Positions 9,652 to 19,900 are shown, counted from the first letter of the stretch. The stretch is 64,000 nt of DNA from Verrucomicrobiota bacterium (GCA_016235555.1 JACRKC010000004.1:83978-147977); one strand, 5' to 3'. The notes: generated by a model not told the origin, from the sequence alone. Made by a program: numbers and translations.

Positions 9652-9747
9652 TCTTTCCTCTTTCTTCTTTATCTTTCTCTTTCGTCGGGTTGCTCCGACG
9701 GGTGGGTGCGGCGGGAGAAAGATTAAGAGAAAGAGGAAAGAGAAAGA
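9652..9747. terminator. long imperfect hairpin between convergent genes (likely bidirectional terminator; word-palindrome class)
   Basis: Left arm tctttcctctttcttctttatctttctctttc. Right arm gagaaagattaagagaaagaggaaagagaaaga. The central small hairpin is gtcgg-gttgct-ccgac. It fills the gap between the stops at 9641 (+) and 9759 (-). Confidence 0.5.
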
Positions 9748-9758
9748 TGCGTGTTCTC

Positions 9759-11042
9759 TTACTCCGGCAGCGGCTGGCCCTTCGTCTCGGGGGCGAACCA
9801 CACGATCACGAGGCCGACGGCGTAGACGAGCGAGATGACGGCGCCGGCCTGGGCGTAGCTGCCGTGGAAGGTCTGCATGAGGGCGCCCATCTGCAGCGCG
9901 CCCACCGCGGCGAGGATGCGGCCGGAGTTGAACGCGAGTCCCTGCCCCGTGGCCCGCACGCGGGTCGGGAACAGCTCCGGCAGATACAGCGGCAGCCAGC
10001 CGTAGAACATCGCGGTCACGCCGCCGACGGCGAACGTCAGCGCGAGGAACGGCACGCCATACGCATCGATGCCGCGGAAGAGCCACGCGCACAGCCCGAG
10101 CGAGCCGAGCGAGAGCAGGCAATACGTGAGGCGGCGGCCCACGAGGTCGCAGGCCCAGGCCCCGATGAGGCACGCGATCACGGCGCCGGCGGCGGAGGCG
10201 ATCTGCGCGTAGGCTTTGGCGTAGGGGTTGGCGGCGCCGGCGAGTTTGTCGGCCCAGAGCGGCAGCCATTGCACCGAGCCCCAGGTGCCGATGAGCGCGA
10301 CGGACGAAAGGGCGATGGCGATGAGCGTCGTGCGCCAGAGATTGGGGCCGAAGATTTCGCGCAGCGGATTGGCGCGCGCCGGCTTGCCGGTCGCCGCGTG
10401 CGTCGAGGCGTGCCACTTCTGCGACTCCGGCACGAACAGCATCACGCCAAAGGTCAGCACCGCGGGTGCCGCGCCGACGACGGCGACCCAGCGCCAGGTG
10501 TCGGTGGTGACCTTGAAGGCCAGGCCGACGAGCCCGATGATCACGTAGCCGACGTTGGCGGCCGCGCCGATCACGCCGGCCATGAGCGGGCGTTTGTTCT
10601 CCGGCCAGACTTCCATCACGAGCGCGACGCCGAGCGCCCATTCGCCGCCCATACCGAGCGCGGCGATGAAGCGGAACGCCCCGAGGTGCCACGGCTCGGT
10701 GGCGAAAAAGATCAGCCCGGTGAAGACCGAATAGCAAGCGATGCTCCACGCCATCGCCTTGACGCGGCCGAAGCGGTCGCCGAGCCAGCCGAAGACCACG
10801 CCGCCGAGCGCCGCGCCGAGGAGAAACGCCGCCGTCACGCGGCCCATCCAGAGCCCGACGAAGGCGTCGTTGAGACTCAGGCCGTGCGCCTGCTGCATCT
10901 CGAGCAGGGCGGGCCGGGCGATGAGCGGGAAGAGGCCCATCTCCATGCCGTCGAACATCCAGCCGAGGAAGGCGGCGGCGAGAGTGGAGCGCAGTTGCGC
11001 AGGGGTGGCGGAACCGGGGGCGGCGGTCGGGCTGGCAGACAT
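9759..11042 (-). CDS. MFS transporter
   Basis: This is the 3' part of track ORF 9759..12284, with start MSASPTAAPG (cat at 11040-11042). About 12 hydrophobic segments and the MFS motif GWLGDRFGRVKAM after TM2. Confidence 0.85.
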   Translation of the reverse strand: MSASPTAAPGSATPAQLRSTLAAAFLGWMFDGMEMGLFPLIARPALLEMQQAHGLSLNDAFVGLWMGRVTAAFLLGAALGGVVFGWLGDRFGRVKAMAWSIACYSVFTGLIFFATEPWHLGAFRFIAALGMGGEWALGVALVMEVWPENKRPLMAGVIGAAANVGYVIIGLVGLAFKVTTDTWRWVAVVGAAPAVLTFGVMLFVPESQKWHASTHAATGKPARANPLREIFGPNLWRTTLIAIALSSVALIGTWGSVQWLPLWADKLAGAANPYAKAYAQIASAAGAVIACLIGAWACDLVGRRLTYCLLSLGSLGLCAWLFRGIDAYGVPFLALTFAVGGVTAMFYGWLPLYLPELFPTRVRATGQGLAFNSGRILAAVGALQMGALMQTFHGSYAQAGAVISLVYAVGLVIVWFAPETKGQPLPE

Positions 11043-11138
11043 GGGCGTGACGAAGGCAGGTGGGGCGTTCGTGGGCAAGCCCGCGCCGGGCCCGGCGGCG
11101 CGTTTTTGTTTGAAGTGCCGGGGGCGTTGCGCGTCTTC

Positions 11139-12278
11139 ATGGCGACTGTCTTGAGCGAGCCGCCGGAAAAAAAATCCCCCTGGTCCAAATATTACGCGGA
11201 GCGCGGCCTCTCGCGGCCTCCCATGTCGGACCTGAAGCGCGCGGACCGAGTCCGCGGGCCGAAGGAGAAGCGCTGGATGGAGCCGGTCCCGGAGAACAAA
11301 CCGGCCGCGCCGGTCTCGAAGGAGCTGGCCGAGGCCATCGCGGCGGTCACGGCGGCGGTGCCGGGTTCGACGGCGGCGCCGTTCATCACGGCGATGCAGA
11401 AGGAGGCCATCGCCAGGGAGCTGAAACGGCAGCGGCGGCGGCGCCTGCTGCGGCTGGGAGGCTGGATCGTGGCGATGGTGCTGGCGGTGCCGGTGTTCGT
11501 CACGTTCGTGATCAACGCGGAGCCCGCGGCGCGGGCCCTCGAACGGCACGAGGCGCGGGTCGCGGGCGAGGTGCTCGCGCTGCACTCGAGCCCGCTCAAT
11601 CCCCTGATGACGTCGGCCACGGTGTTGAAGCCGCCGGTGCGGGTCGGGTTCGGCCACCTGCGTTACGAGATTGTGGTGACGATGCGGCTGCGCGTGCCGC
11701 TCTACACGGTGGCGCACACCAACGGCACCGAGGCGTATCGCCAGATCCAGCGTTCGCTGGAGGAAGCGAAGGCGCGGGTGTCGAAGCTGCGGCTCTTCAA
11801 GCCGCCGGTGCGGGCGCCGGAACTGCCGGACATGCCGTTGCTGCTGCAACTGGCCCACCGGATGGGCGAGCCCGTGGTCGTGACCGTGCCGTTCGATGCG
11901 CGCCGGTTCGGCTGGAAATGGCGGCTCGATCCGCCGGAGGTGGCGGGCCGGGCGGTGAATCGCGGGTTCGACGGCCTGCCGATCGAACACTATGCGGGCG
12001 CCCGCACCCTGGTCTTCGGCTCGCCGGAATCGCTCGTCGAAGTCCGGCGCCTCGTGAAACTCGCGCGCGACTACGTGACCGCCGCGGCCAAGGATGAGCG
12101 CGAGCGTGCGATCTTCGACAACCCGGCGCAGGAGGCGCCGCCCGCCGCCGCGCCGGTGGCCACCGTGTCCGATCCCACTGCCCCGGCCCAAACCGATCCG
12201 CCGCCGCCGGCGGTGCCGGATCCCAATGCGCCCGCGGTGCCCCCGGTCGTCGTGCCGGGGTTGCCCCGGCCGAAGTAA
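11139..12278 (+). CDS. hypothetical membrane-anchored protein with a proline-rich C-terminus
   Basis: This is the 3' part of track ORF 9690..12278, with start MATVLSEPPEKK. It has a single TM segment (LGGWIVAMVLAVPVFVTFVI) and a P/A-rich tail PPAAAPVATVSDPTAPAQTDPPPPAVPDPNAPAVPP. It is divergent from the MFS gene. Confidence 0.55.
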   Translation: MATVLSEPPEKKSPWSKYYAERGLSRPPMSDLKRADRVRGPKEKRWMEPVPENKPAAPVSKELAEAIAAVTAAVPGSTAAPFITAMQKEAIARELKRQRRRRLLRLGGWIVAMVLAVPVFVTFVINAEPAARALERHEARVAGEVLALHSSPLNPLMTSATVLKPPVRVGFGHLRYEIVVTMRLRVPLYTVAHTNGTEAYRQIQRSLEEAKARVSKLRLFKPPVRAPELPDMPLLLQLAHRMGEPVVVTVPFDARRFGWKWRLDPPEVAGRAVNRGFDGLPIEHYAGARTLVFGSPESLVEVRRLVKLARDYVTAAAKDERERAIFDNPAQEAPPAAAPVATVSDPTAPAQTDPPPPAVPDPNAPAVPPVVVPGLPRPK

Positions 12279-12390
12279 TACCAACTACGAAGAACCTTTG
12301 GACCGCGGGAGGGCCGGCCCTTGTGGCCGGGCTGCGGCCCGCCGACGAGCGGCGGCCCTGCAAAGTCCGGGAAATTCATGAGAATTGGTC

Positions 12391-12525
12391 TGATACCAGG
12401 GGCTGTTGAGATTTGGATGATCGTAGGTCGGGCTTTACGTCCGACATCGTCCGACCGCAGGCGTCGGGGATAAACCCCGACCTACCCACGCGACCCAATA
12501 GTCCATCCTTCAGCAGCCGTTGGGA
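12391..12525. repeat. REP-like element, GTAGGTCGGG family, full-length copy 1
   Basis: ataccaggggctgttgagatttgg...gtaggtcgggctttacgtccgac...gtcggggataaaccccgacctac...ccaatagtccatccttcagcagccgttggg. Same architecture as 16571-16705 (inverted) and 35733-35868. Confidence 0.8.
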
Positions 12526-12700
12526 TGAGCTGCTGACGTAGCCATGCGGTCGGCCGCAACAGCCGATCCTTCGGCCAGCTCAGGGCAGGCAGTGAGGAGG
12601 CTGGGATCAGGTGATGGTCGCACCACCGCCTCGTGACCCCGGCTGCTACTTCGCTGCGCGGATTTCGACTGCTTGGTTGGCCGAGTCCGGCGGATCGCCG

Positions 12701-12736
12701 GAAAAAGGCCGCCGGCGCTTGGGGCGCCGGCGGCGG
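12701..12736 (-). terminator. intrinsic terminator downstream of the 12893..15982 gene
   Basis: The minus strand reads gccgccggcgcc-ccaa-gcgccggcggc followed by ctttttcc. Confidence 0.6.
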
Positions 12737-12892
12737 TGCTTCAGTCGGGCCGGCGGTGGCTGAATTCCGCGCGAACCGAAAAGGGAGAGCGGCGAAGTGT
12801 GTTGCGGGCCACGCGCGCGATTGGAAAAGCGGCTTGAGGGCAAGCCGCTCCACCTGCGGGGCGGGGTTCGGCGACCCCGCCCTACAACGGGC

Positions 12893-15800
12893 TCAAGGGA
12901 CTTCGTAGACCTCGACGAGGGCCTCGCCGGTGGCGTTGTTGGCGCCGGTGATCTGGATCGTGTAGGCGCCGGGGTCGAGGAGCGCGAGGGTGGCGGCGTC
13001 CTTCGAGTTGGCGGCGTAGGCAAACGCGGCGACGAATTGGCGGGCGCGTTCGAGTTCGGTCACGAAGGCGGCGCCGGACCAGTCGTCGTTTTCGAGCACG
13101 CGGCGCTGGTCTTTGTCGTAGACGGCGAGTTGCGGATCGGTGAGCGCGGTGGTGACGCCGAAGGCGGCGAGGGCGGGGCCGCCGCCGCGCAACAGGAGCG
13201 TGCGCTGGCCGGTGCCGCCGATCACGAGGCCGAGGATGAGCGTGGAATCGCCGGAGCCGGCGACACCGCGCACGGAGACGTTGCTCAGCTTGCTCGTGGC
13301 GGTGGTGGGGTTGTCGAGGTCGTAGACTTCGATGAGGACGATGCCGCTGCTGGGGCCGACGCCGGAGACCTGGACGGTGTAGGATTGGTTGGCGGTGAGG
13401 GAGACGAGGATGGCGGCGTCGCGGGAATTGGCGGGGAGGCCGAAGGCGCCGGCGCGGGAGAAGGCGTCGCCGATGGCGGTGGCGCTCCAGTTGTCGTTCG
13501 AGGCGATGGAGGTCTGGCCGCGGAAGACTTCGAGCTTCGGATCGGACATGGTGCCCTCGACGCCGAAGGCGGCGAGACCGGGGCCGACGGCACGGATGAG
13601 CACCTGCTTGGTGCCGGTGCCGGAGACGAAGAAGCCGGGGATGACGAGGCTGCCGGCGGCGATGTTGGTGCGGCAGGAGATGTTGGCGGGACGCGAGGCG
13701 TTGGGGTCGAGGGTGACGGTGGCGGCGTTGGAGGTGAGGGTGCCGGCGGAGTTGGAGATGCGCACGGTGTAGTTGCCGGCGTCGGACGCGGTGACGTTCT
13801 GGCGGAGGAGGGCGTTTTGCGTTTCACCCGCGAGCGCGGTGCCGTTGCGGAACCACTGGTAGGTGTTGCCGGTGCCGTTGGCGTCGACGATGAGCGTGAA
13901 TGTGGAGCCGGGCGACACGCTCTTGCTGAGCGGCTGGAGGGCGATGGTGGGAGCGCCGGTGGCGCCGACGGTGACGGTGCCGGCGGTGAGGCGGTTGGTG
14001 CCGAGGGAGTTGGTGACATCGACGGTGTAGGTGCCGGCCTGCGCGGCGGTGATCGAGTCGATGATGTAGGGGTTGCTGGTGGCGCCTGTGATGCGGAGGT
14101 TATTGAGATACCATTGGTAGGTGTAGTTGCCGCCGCCGGTGACGGAGATGGGCAACACGAGGCGGCCGCCGATGGTGAGCGAGGTGGTGGTGGCGGTGAA
14201 GCCGCTGGCGGCGACGGGGCGCGAGGTGACGGTGCCGCCGGTCGAGCCGGCGAAGGCGAAGCTGCCGGGCCACGAACCCCACGCGGCGGAGGTCACGCCG
14301 TTGCGGGTGCTGGCGGCGTAGGAAGACTGGCCGCCGAGGAGGGTGACGGTGACGGTGCCGGTGGCGCCGGCGGCGAGCACGCCGGCGTGAACGGCGGCGC
14401 GGGCGAGCGAGGAATCGTCGGTGTAGACGTCGGTGCCCCAGACGGAGCCGCTGGTGGCGCCGGTGACGGTGAACTGGAAGGTCTGGCCGACCTTGTTGCG
14501 GTAGCCGACGAGATTGGCGGGGAAGCTGGCGACCGTGGTGGTGCCGCCGGTGCTGCCGCTGGTGCCCTGATCGCCGGTGGCGAGGGCGGCGACTTCGGTG
14601 GCGAGCAGCGCGCGGCCGTAGATGCGCACCTCGTCCATCAGGCCGGAGAAATATTCGCCGCTGGCGGCGATACCGCGCGGAGCGCCGAGCTGGATCGGGA
14701 GCGTGTTGTTGGTGAGGGTGCCGACGGTCGCGGTGCCGGCGGCGGTGCCGTTGAGGTAGTAGGTGACGGTGTTGGCGATGTAGACGAAGGCGATGTGCTG
14801 CCAGGTGTCGGACGTGAAGGTGCGCGTGGAACTGGTGCTGAGGGTGGAGGAGGCGAGGCGCACGACGTTGCGCGACTGGCGCAGGGTGTCGTAGGTGTCG
14901 AAGACCCAGCCATCGGCGGTGCCGCTGGTGGCCTTGTCGACGAGGCGCGAGCCGTTGGTGGAGGCCTTCGGGTTGGTGGTGTTGATCCACAGCGAGACGG
15001 AGTAGCCGCCGGCGGAGGGATTGAGCACGGACTGGTGCGGGATGGCGATGAACTGATTGACGCCGTTGAGGGAGGCGGCCTGGCCGAAGCCGGAGCGGGA
15101 GGCGGCGAAGGTGGCGCCGTTCTGCATGGTGCCGTTGTTGGAGCCGGCGCTGTCGTTGGCGTTGCCCTCGAATTTATAATACGCGACGAGACCGTTGCCG
15201 AGGGTGGTGACGCCGCTGGAGCCGGTGGAGCCGCCGCTGGCGGTGACGGTGAAGACGATGGTGCCGCCGTTGCCGGCGGCGTTGACGCCGCGCACGCTGA
15301 AGGTGAACGAGCCCGCGGTGTTGAAGGTGCCGGTCACGAGGCCGGAGCCGGGGCTGATGGCGACGGGGGCGTTGCCGCCCATGTTTACCCAGGAGGTGGC
15401 GGCGGGGGAGGCGGTGAGCTGGTAGGTGAACGGTGTGCCGACCGTCGCGGTCAACTGGACGGGGGAATTGGTGATGACGGGGACCGTGGTGGAGCCGCCG
15501 GTCGAACCGCCGCCGCCGGTGGAGCCGCCCTCGATCGCGAAAGTGCCGCCGGTGTTTTTCAGCGGATTGAAGGTTTCGGAGGCGGCGTAGGCGCCGATGC
15601 CGTTTTGCTGCGTGAGGACGAGGGTGACGCCGGCACTACCGGCGCCGGTGAAGCCGGTGTTCATCATCAGCGTGGTCGCGCGGTTGCCGGTGGATTCGAC
15701 GAGGCGCGAGTCGAGCACCGTGTAGGTGCCGCTGCCTTGGAGCGTGGGCGCGGTGCGCGTGTAGGTGGTCGCCGAGGTGAAGACCAGGGTGAACGACTGA

Positions 15801-15982
15801 AGGGAATCGAGGGTGTTGGGCGTGCCGGCGTTGTAGGTGCAGGTGAGCGTTTTGCCGACGAGGTTGGTGGGCAGGAGTTCGTCGTTGGTGACGGCGGCGG
15901 CGCGGGGCGCGAGCAGCGAGACGAAAAACGCGCCGGCGAGGAGCACGGCGCGGCAGCAGCGGGAGGGAGGTGTGGAGCGCAT
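12893..15982 (-). CDS. secreted multidomain protein P1: Ig-like, LamG (concanavalin-like), LCCL-like, 2x Ig I-set, tandem EVYEVP C-terminal module
   Basis: I prefer the internal start MRSTPPSRCCRAVLLAGAFFVSLLAPRAAA (signal peptide). LamG: LVAYYKFEGNANDSAG...LMDEVRIYGRAL. LCCL-like: VWGTDVYTDDSSLARAAVHAGV...NGVTSAAWGSWPGSF. I-set: YQWFRNGTALAGET...DAGNYTVRISNSAG. Two C-terminal repeats (NISCRT...IEVYDLD and LSNVSVRG...LVEVYEVP). Confidence 0.85.
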   Translation of the reverse strand: MRSTPPSRCCRAVLLAGAFFVSLLAPRAAAVTNDELLPTNLVGKTLTCTYNAGTPNTLDSLQSFTLVFTSATTYTRTAPTLQGSGTYTVLDSRLVESTGNRATTLMMNTGFTGAGSAGVTLVLTQQNGIGAYAASETFNPLKNTGGTFAIEGGSTGGGGSTGGSTTVPVITNSPVQLTATVGTPFTYQLTASPAATSWVNMGGNAPVAISPGSGLVTGTFNTAGSFTFSVRGVNAAGNGGTIVFTVTASGGSTGSSGVTTLGNGLVAYYKFEGNANDSAGSNNGTMQNGATFAASRSGFGQAASLNGVNQFIAIPHQSVLNPSAGGYSVSLWINTTNPKASTNGSRLVDKATSGTADGWVFDTYDTLRQSRNVVRLASSTLSTSSTRTFTSDTWQHIAFVYIANTVTYYLNGTAAGTATVGTLTNNTLPIQLGAPRGIAASGEYFSGLMDEVRIYGRALLATEVAALATGDQGTSGSTGGTTTVASFPANLVGYRNKVGQTFQFTVTGATSGSVWGTDVYTDDSSLARAAVHAGVLAAGATGTVTVTLLGGQSSYAASTRNGVTSAAWGSWPGSFAFAGSTGGTVTSRPVAASGFTATTTSLTIGGRLVLPISVTGGGNYTYQWYLNNLRITGATSNPYIIDSITAAQAGTYTVDVTNSLGTNRLTAGTVTVGATGAPTIALQPLSKSVSPGSTFTLIVDANGTGNTYQWFRNGTALAGETQNALLRQNVTASDAGNYTVRISNSAGTLTSNAATVTLDPNASRPANISCRTNIAAGSLVIPGFFVSGTGTKQVLIRAVGPGLAAFGVEGTMSDPKLEVFRGQTSIASNDNWSATAIGDAFSRAGAFGLPANSRDAAILVSLTANQSYTVQVSGVGPSSGIVLIEVYDLDNPTTATSKLSNVSVRGVAGSGDSTLILGLVIGGTGQRTLLLRGGGPALAAFGVTTALTDPQLAVYDKDQRRVLENDDWSGAAFVTELERARQFVAAFAYAANSKDAATLALLDPGAYTIQITGANNATGEALVEVYEVP

Positions 15983-16213
15983 GGGACTGAAGCGATTGGT
16001 TGCGGAATGCGCCGCGATTCTAGCGGATAGGGTGAATCCCTGCCATACGCGGGTCTGCGTAAGGGTGGCGATCAAGAGGCCTGGCGTCGGAGGAAGTCGG
16101 GGCGGGATCCGCGCGCGTCGCGCCTCAAACCCGGCAGAAGGACTGACCACGGATGGACACGGAGGCACCCAGCGCGGCATTGCCGCATCCGAACGCAATC
16201 CACCAAACCTTCT

Positions 16214-16289
16214 CCGCGGATTGCGCGGATGCAGCGGATAAAGACGGAGGCTCCGCCGAAGGTATCTGCGAAATCCGCGCAATCCGCGG
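16214..16289. repeat. hairpin repeat, ccgcggatYgcgcggat family, copy 1
   Basis: ccgcggattgcgcggat...atccgcgcaatccgcgg are inverted arms. A related copy lies at 40846-40921 (gaccgcggatcgcgcggat...aatccgcggtc). Confidence 0.7.
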
Positions 16290-16570
16290 TGAAAGCCCGG
16301 AGGCAGGAATCTTGTTCGCGATGCGCGATTCTCCGACATTGAAACACGGATTCTCAGCGGAGGAAAAACGCCCTCAGACACGCGGGCTGGCTGCACCGAT
16401 CGGTGCGTCGCCGCACCATCCGTGCGGCGCGGCTCTTCGCTCGGTATCCGTGTCCATCTGTGTGCATCCAAGGTTGGTCTACTGCCTCGATCCGGGCGAA
16501 AGCCTCATATCAGCGGGCGGCCCGGCCACCGGCCGGGCCGACAATGCCAAATCACAGCGTAACCGGGACC

Positions 16571-16705
16571 ATACCAACGGCTGCTGACGAATGGACTGTT
16601 GGGTCCCGTAGGTCGGGGTTGATCCCCGACATCCGCCGTCGGCGGACAAGTGTCGGCGTAAAGCCCGACCTACGATGATCCAAATCTCAACAGACGTTGG
16701 TATCA
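16571..16705. repeat. REP-like element, GTAGGTCGGG family, full-length copy 2 (inverted relative to copies 1 and 3)
   Basis: ataccaacggctgctgacgaatggactgttgggtcccgtaggtcggggttgatccccgacatccgccgtcggcggacaagtgtcggcgtaaagcccgacctacgatgatccaaatctcaacagacgttggtat. Confidence 0.8.
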
Positions 16706-16750
16706 CTGGTTCCGTTATGGGTGGCTGGCGGAGGTGATCGAGGTTGCGCA

Positions 16751-16790
16751 AAGAAAACCGCCGGCACCTTGCGGCACCGGCGGTTCGCTT
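16751..16790 (-). terminator. intrinsic terminator downstream of the 16917..20225 gene
   Basis: The minus strand reads ccgccgg(tg)cc-gcaa-gg(tg)ccggcgg followed by ttttctttg. The position and flanks are homologous to the terminator at 12701-12736. Confidence 0.55.
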
Positions 16791-16916
16791 CAGTCGGTCA
16801 CGCGGCGGCTGAAGTCCGCGGGACCAAAGGGGGGGCGGGTGGGGGAACGCGCGTGGCTTGGGGAGGGCCAGTCTCTGACTGGCCCGGGTCCGGTCGGAGA
16901 CCGGACCTGCTTTCCT

Positions 16917-19900
16917 TCAGGGAACGTCGTAGACTTCGACGAGGGATTCGCCGGTGCCGCCGTCGGCGCCTTTGACGACGATGTTGTAGGCGCCGGGGTC
17001 GAGGAGGGCGAGCGTGGCGGCGTCGCGGCTGCCGGTGTCGAGCGCGAACGCGCCGACGTAGTTCGCGGCGAGTGCCTGCTCGGTCACGAAGGGCGCGGCG
17101 CCCCAGTTGTCGTTATCGAGGACGGAGCGGTTGTTGGAGTCGAAGATCTCGAGGTGGGGATCGGAGAGCGTGCCTTGCACGCCGAAGGCGGCGAGCTTGG
17201 GGCCGATGCCGCGGACGAGGAGCGTGCGCTTGCCGGTGCCGCCGACGACGACGCCGAGGATGAGCACGTCGTCGCCGGTGCCGACCTGGCCGCGGACGGA
17301 GACGTTGACGAGGCGGTTGGTGGCGGTGGCGGGCGCGTCGAGATCGTAGACTTCAAGGAGGACGATGCCGGAGTTGCCGGCGGCGCCGCTGACCTGGACG
17401 GAGTAGCCCTGGCCGGCCTGGAGGCTGACGACGAGCGCGGCGTCGCGGCTGCCGGCGGGGAGGGCGAAGGCGCCCGCGGGGGCGAAGGTGGCGGCGGCGG
17501 TGGCGTCGTAGTTGTCGTTGCTGGCGACGATGGAGTTGTTGCTCTGGCGGTAGAGGTCGAACTTCGGGTCGGCGACGAGGCCTTCGAGGCCGAACTGGCC
17601 GAGGCCGGGGCCGACCGCGCGGATGAGGACGCGCTTGGTGCCGGTGCCGTCGACGAAGAAGCCGGGGGTGACGGTGCCGCCGGGGGCGAGCTTGGTGCGG
17701 CACGAGATGTTGGCGGGGCGCGAGGCGGTGGTGGTGACGGCGATCGTGGCGGGGGCGGTGGTGACGGTGCCGGCGGCGTTGGTGATGGTGCAGGTGTAGT
17801 TGCCGGAGTGGACGGCGGTGGCACCCTGGATCTCGAAGACGTTTTGGGTGGCGCCGGGGAGGGCGACGTTGTCCTTGCGCCACTGGTAGGCGAGGTTGCC
17901 GGAGCCGGAGGCGGACACGAGGAGCGAGAAGCGGGCGCCGGGCGCGACGGTCTTGGAGAGCGGCTGGAGGGTGACGGAGGGCGAGCCGGCGCTGGCGACG
18001 GTGACGATGCCGGCGTTGACGGTGGTGGTGCCGGCCGAGTTGGAGGCGCGGACGGTGTAGGTGCCGGCGTGGGCGGCGCTCACGCTGGCGATGGTGTAGG
18101 AGGCGCTGACGGCGCCGGCGATCTGGGTGCCGTTGAGAAACCACGCGTAGGTGAAGGGGCCGACGCCGCCGACCGTCACGGAAAGGCTGAGACGGCCGCC
18201 GACGGCGACGGACTGCGTGGCGGGCGGGGCGTAGGCCGCGACGGGCGCGGCGGTGGGCACGCCGGCGGAGCCGGTGGCGCCGGCGAAGGAATAGCTGCCG
18301 GACCAGGCGCCCCACGAGGCGGAGGCGACGCCGTTGCGGGTGGTGGCGGGGTAGCCGGACTGCCCGGGGAGGATGGTGATGGCGACGGTTTTGGTCTCGC
18401 CCACGGCGACGACGCCGGCATGCACGGCGGCCTTGGCGACGTTGGAGTCGTCGGTGTAGATGTCGGTGCCCCAGACGCTGCCGCTGGTGGAGCCGGTGAC
18501 CGCGAAGGAAAAGGTCTGGCCGACCTTGTTGCGGTAGGCGGTAAAGTTGGTGGGCGCGAGGTCGACGCCGGTGACGGTGGGCACGGCGGCGTAGAGGGCG
18601 GTGGCCGCGCTCACGGTGGTGGCGGCGGTGGAGATGCGCACGTCGTCGATGAGGCCGGCGACATAGGAGCCGCCGCCGCCGTCGCGGCCGATCTCGTTGG
18701 CGTTGGCGCTGCCGCCGACCGTGCCGGTGGTGGCGAGGGCGAGGGATTCGCCGTTGACGATGAGTTCCCAGCTGGCGGCGGCGCTCTTGTTGCCGCCCTT
18801 GAACACGAAGGTGAGGTGCGTCCACTGGTTGAGGGTGCTGGCGATGTAATAGCGCGGATCGCGGGAGATGATGCCGGCGCTGCCGCGGAAGCCGAAGTAG
18901 ATGGAGGCGCCGAGCGAGGAGCTGTCGGAGGCGTTGAGGCCGATGCGGGTGGCGAATTCGGTGGAGGCGGTGCGCAGGCGGAGGGGCACCATGAGCTGCG
19001 CGCTGGTGGGTTTGAACCAGAACGAAACCGAGAACGGGGCCTGGTCGGAGACGAGGGCGGCGGTGCCGAAGGCGACGTAGCCGTTGGTGCCGTTGAACTG
19101 CGCGGCCTGGCCGAGCACGCCGGTGCCGTAGGTGACGCCGCCGGAGATGGTGCCGTTGGCGGAGCCGGCGGAATCGGTGGTGTTGCCGTCGAACTTGAGC
19201 TGCGTGACGAGTCCGCCGGTGGTGCCGCTGGCGGCTGAGCCGGTGGAGCCGTCGAGGCGGACGTTGTCGATGGCGGGGCCGTAGGCGCCGTCGGTGCCGC
19301 TGCGGAACGTGAGCGTGGCGCTCGTGCCGTCCGCGACGAAGGTGAAGCTGTTATTGACCCAGCCCATGTTGGCGAGGGTCTTGCCGGTGGTGTCGAAGGT
19401 GTAGCCGCGGCTGAAGAGGCTGGTGGTGCCGTTGGCGCCGGTGACGGAGGCGGTGAGGTTCTTCACGCCGGTGCCGGCGCCGAAGCCGGGATTGCCGGCG
19501 AGGTCGAAGGTGATGGTGTAGTTGCGGCCGGCCGTGGTGGTGAACGTCTGCGCGATGGCGCCGGCGGTCACGCCGCTGAGGTCGAGGCCACGCACGCCGT
19601 CGGAGTTGGTCCAGGCGGTGCCGATATAGTCGATGTCGCCGGCGGTGACGCGCCAGCCGGTGATCGACGTCGCGCCGCTGGCGAGTGAGATCCAGGAGGA
19701 GCCGGGATTGGGGCCGGTTTCGAAGGAGCCGTTTTGGAAGGAGGAGCCGGAGGAGCTGCCGCCGGTTGTGCCGCCGCCGGTGCCGCCGCCGGTGGAACCG
19801 CCACCCGTGGAGCCGCCGCCGGATGCGGCCGTGAAGTTGGTGCTGCCGTTGAAGCGGAACTGCGTGGTGCCGTTGCCGAGCACGTCGCCGTAGTTGGAGG

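Noticed and set aside
12797-16030. 1077-aa plus-strand ORF, with similar giants at 16734..19238, 23080..25251, 27062..29656, 6951..9509(-), 36139..38109(-), 48869..51493(-), 51839..53476(-) and 58067..59377
   Set aside because: All are antisense or out of frame to genes with clear domain content. Their translations are G/A/R/E/D/V low-complexity strings with no motifs. Such open antisense frames are expected at this GC content.
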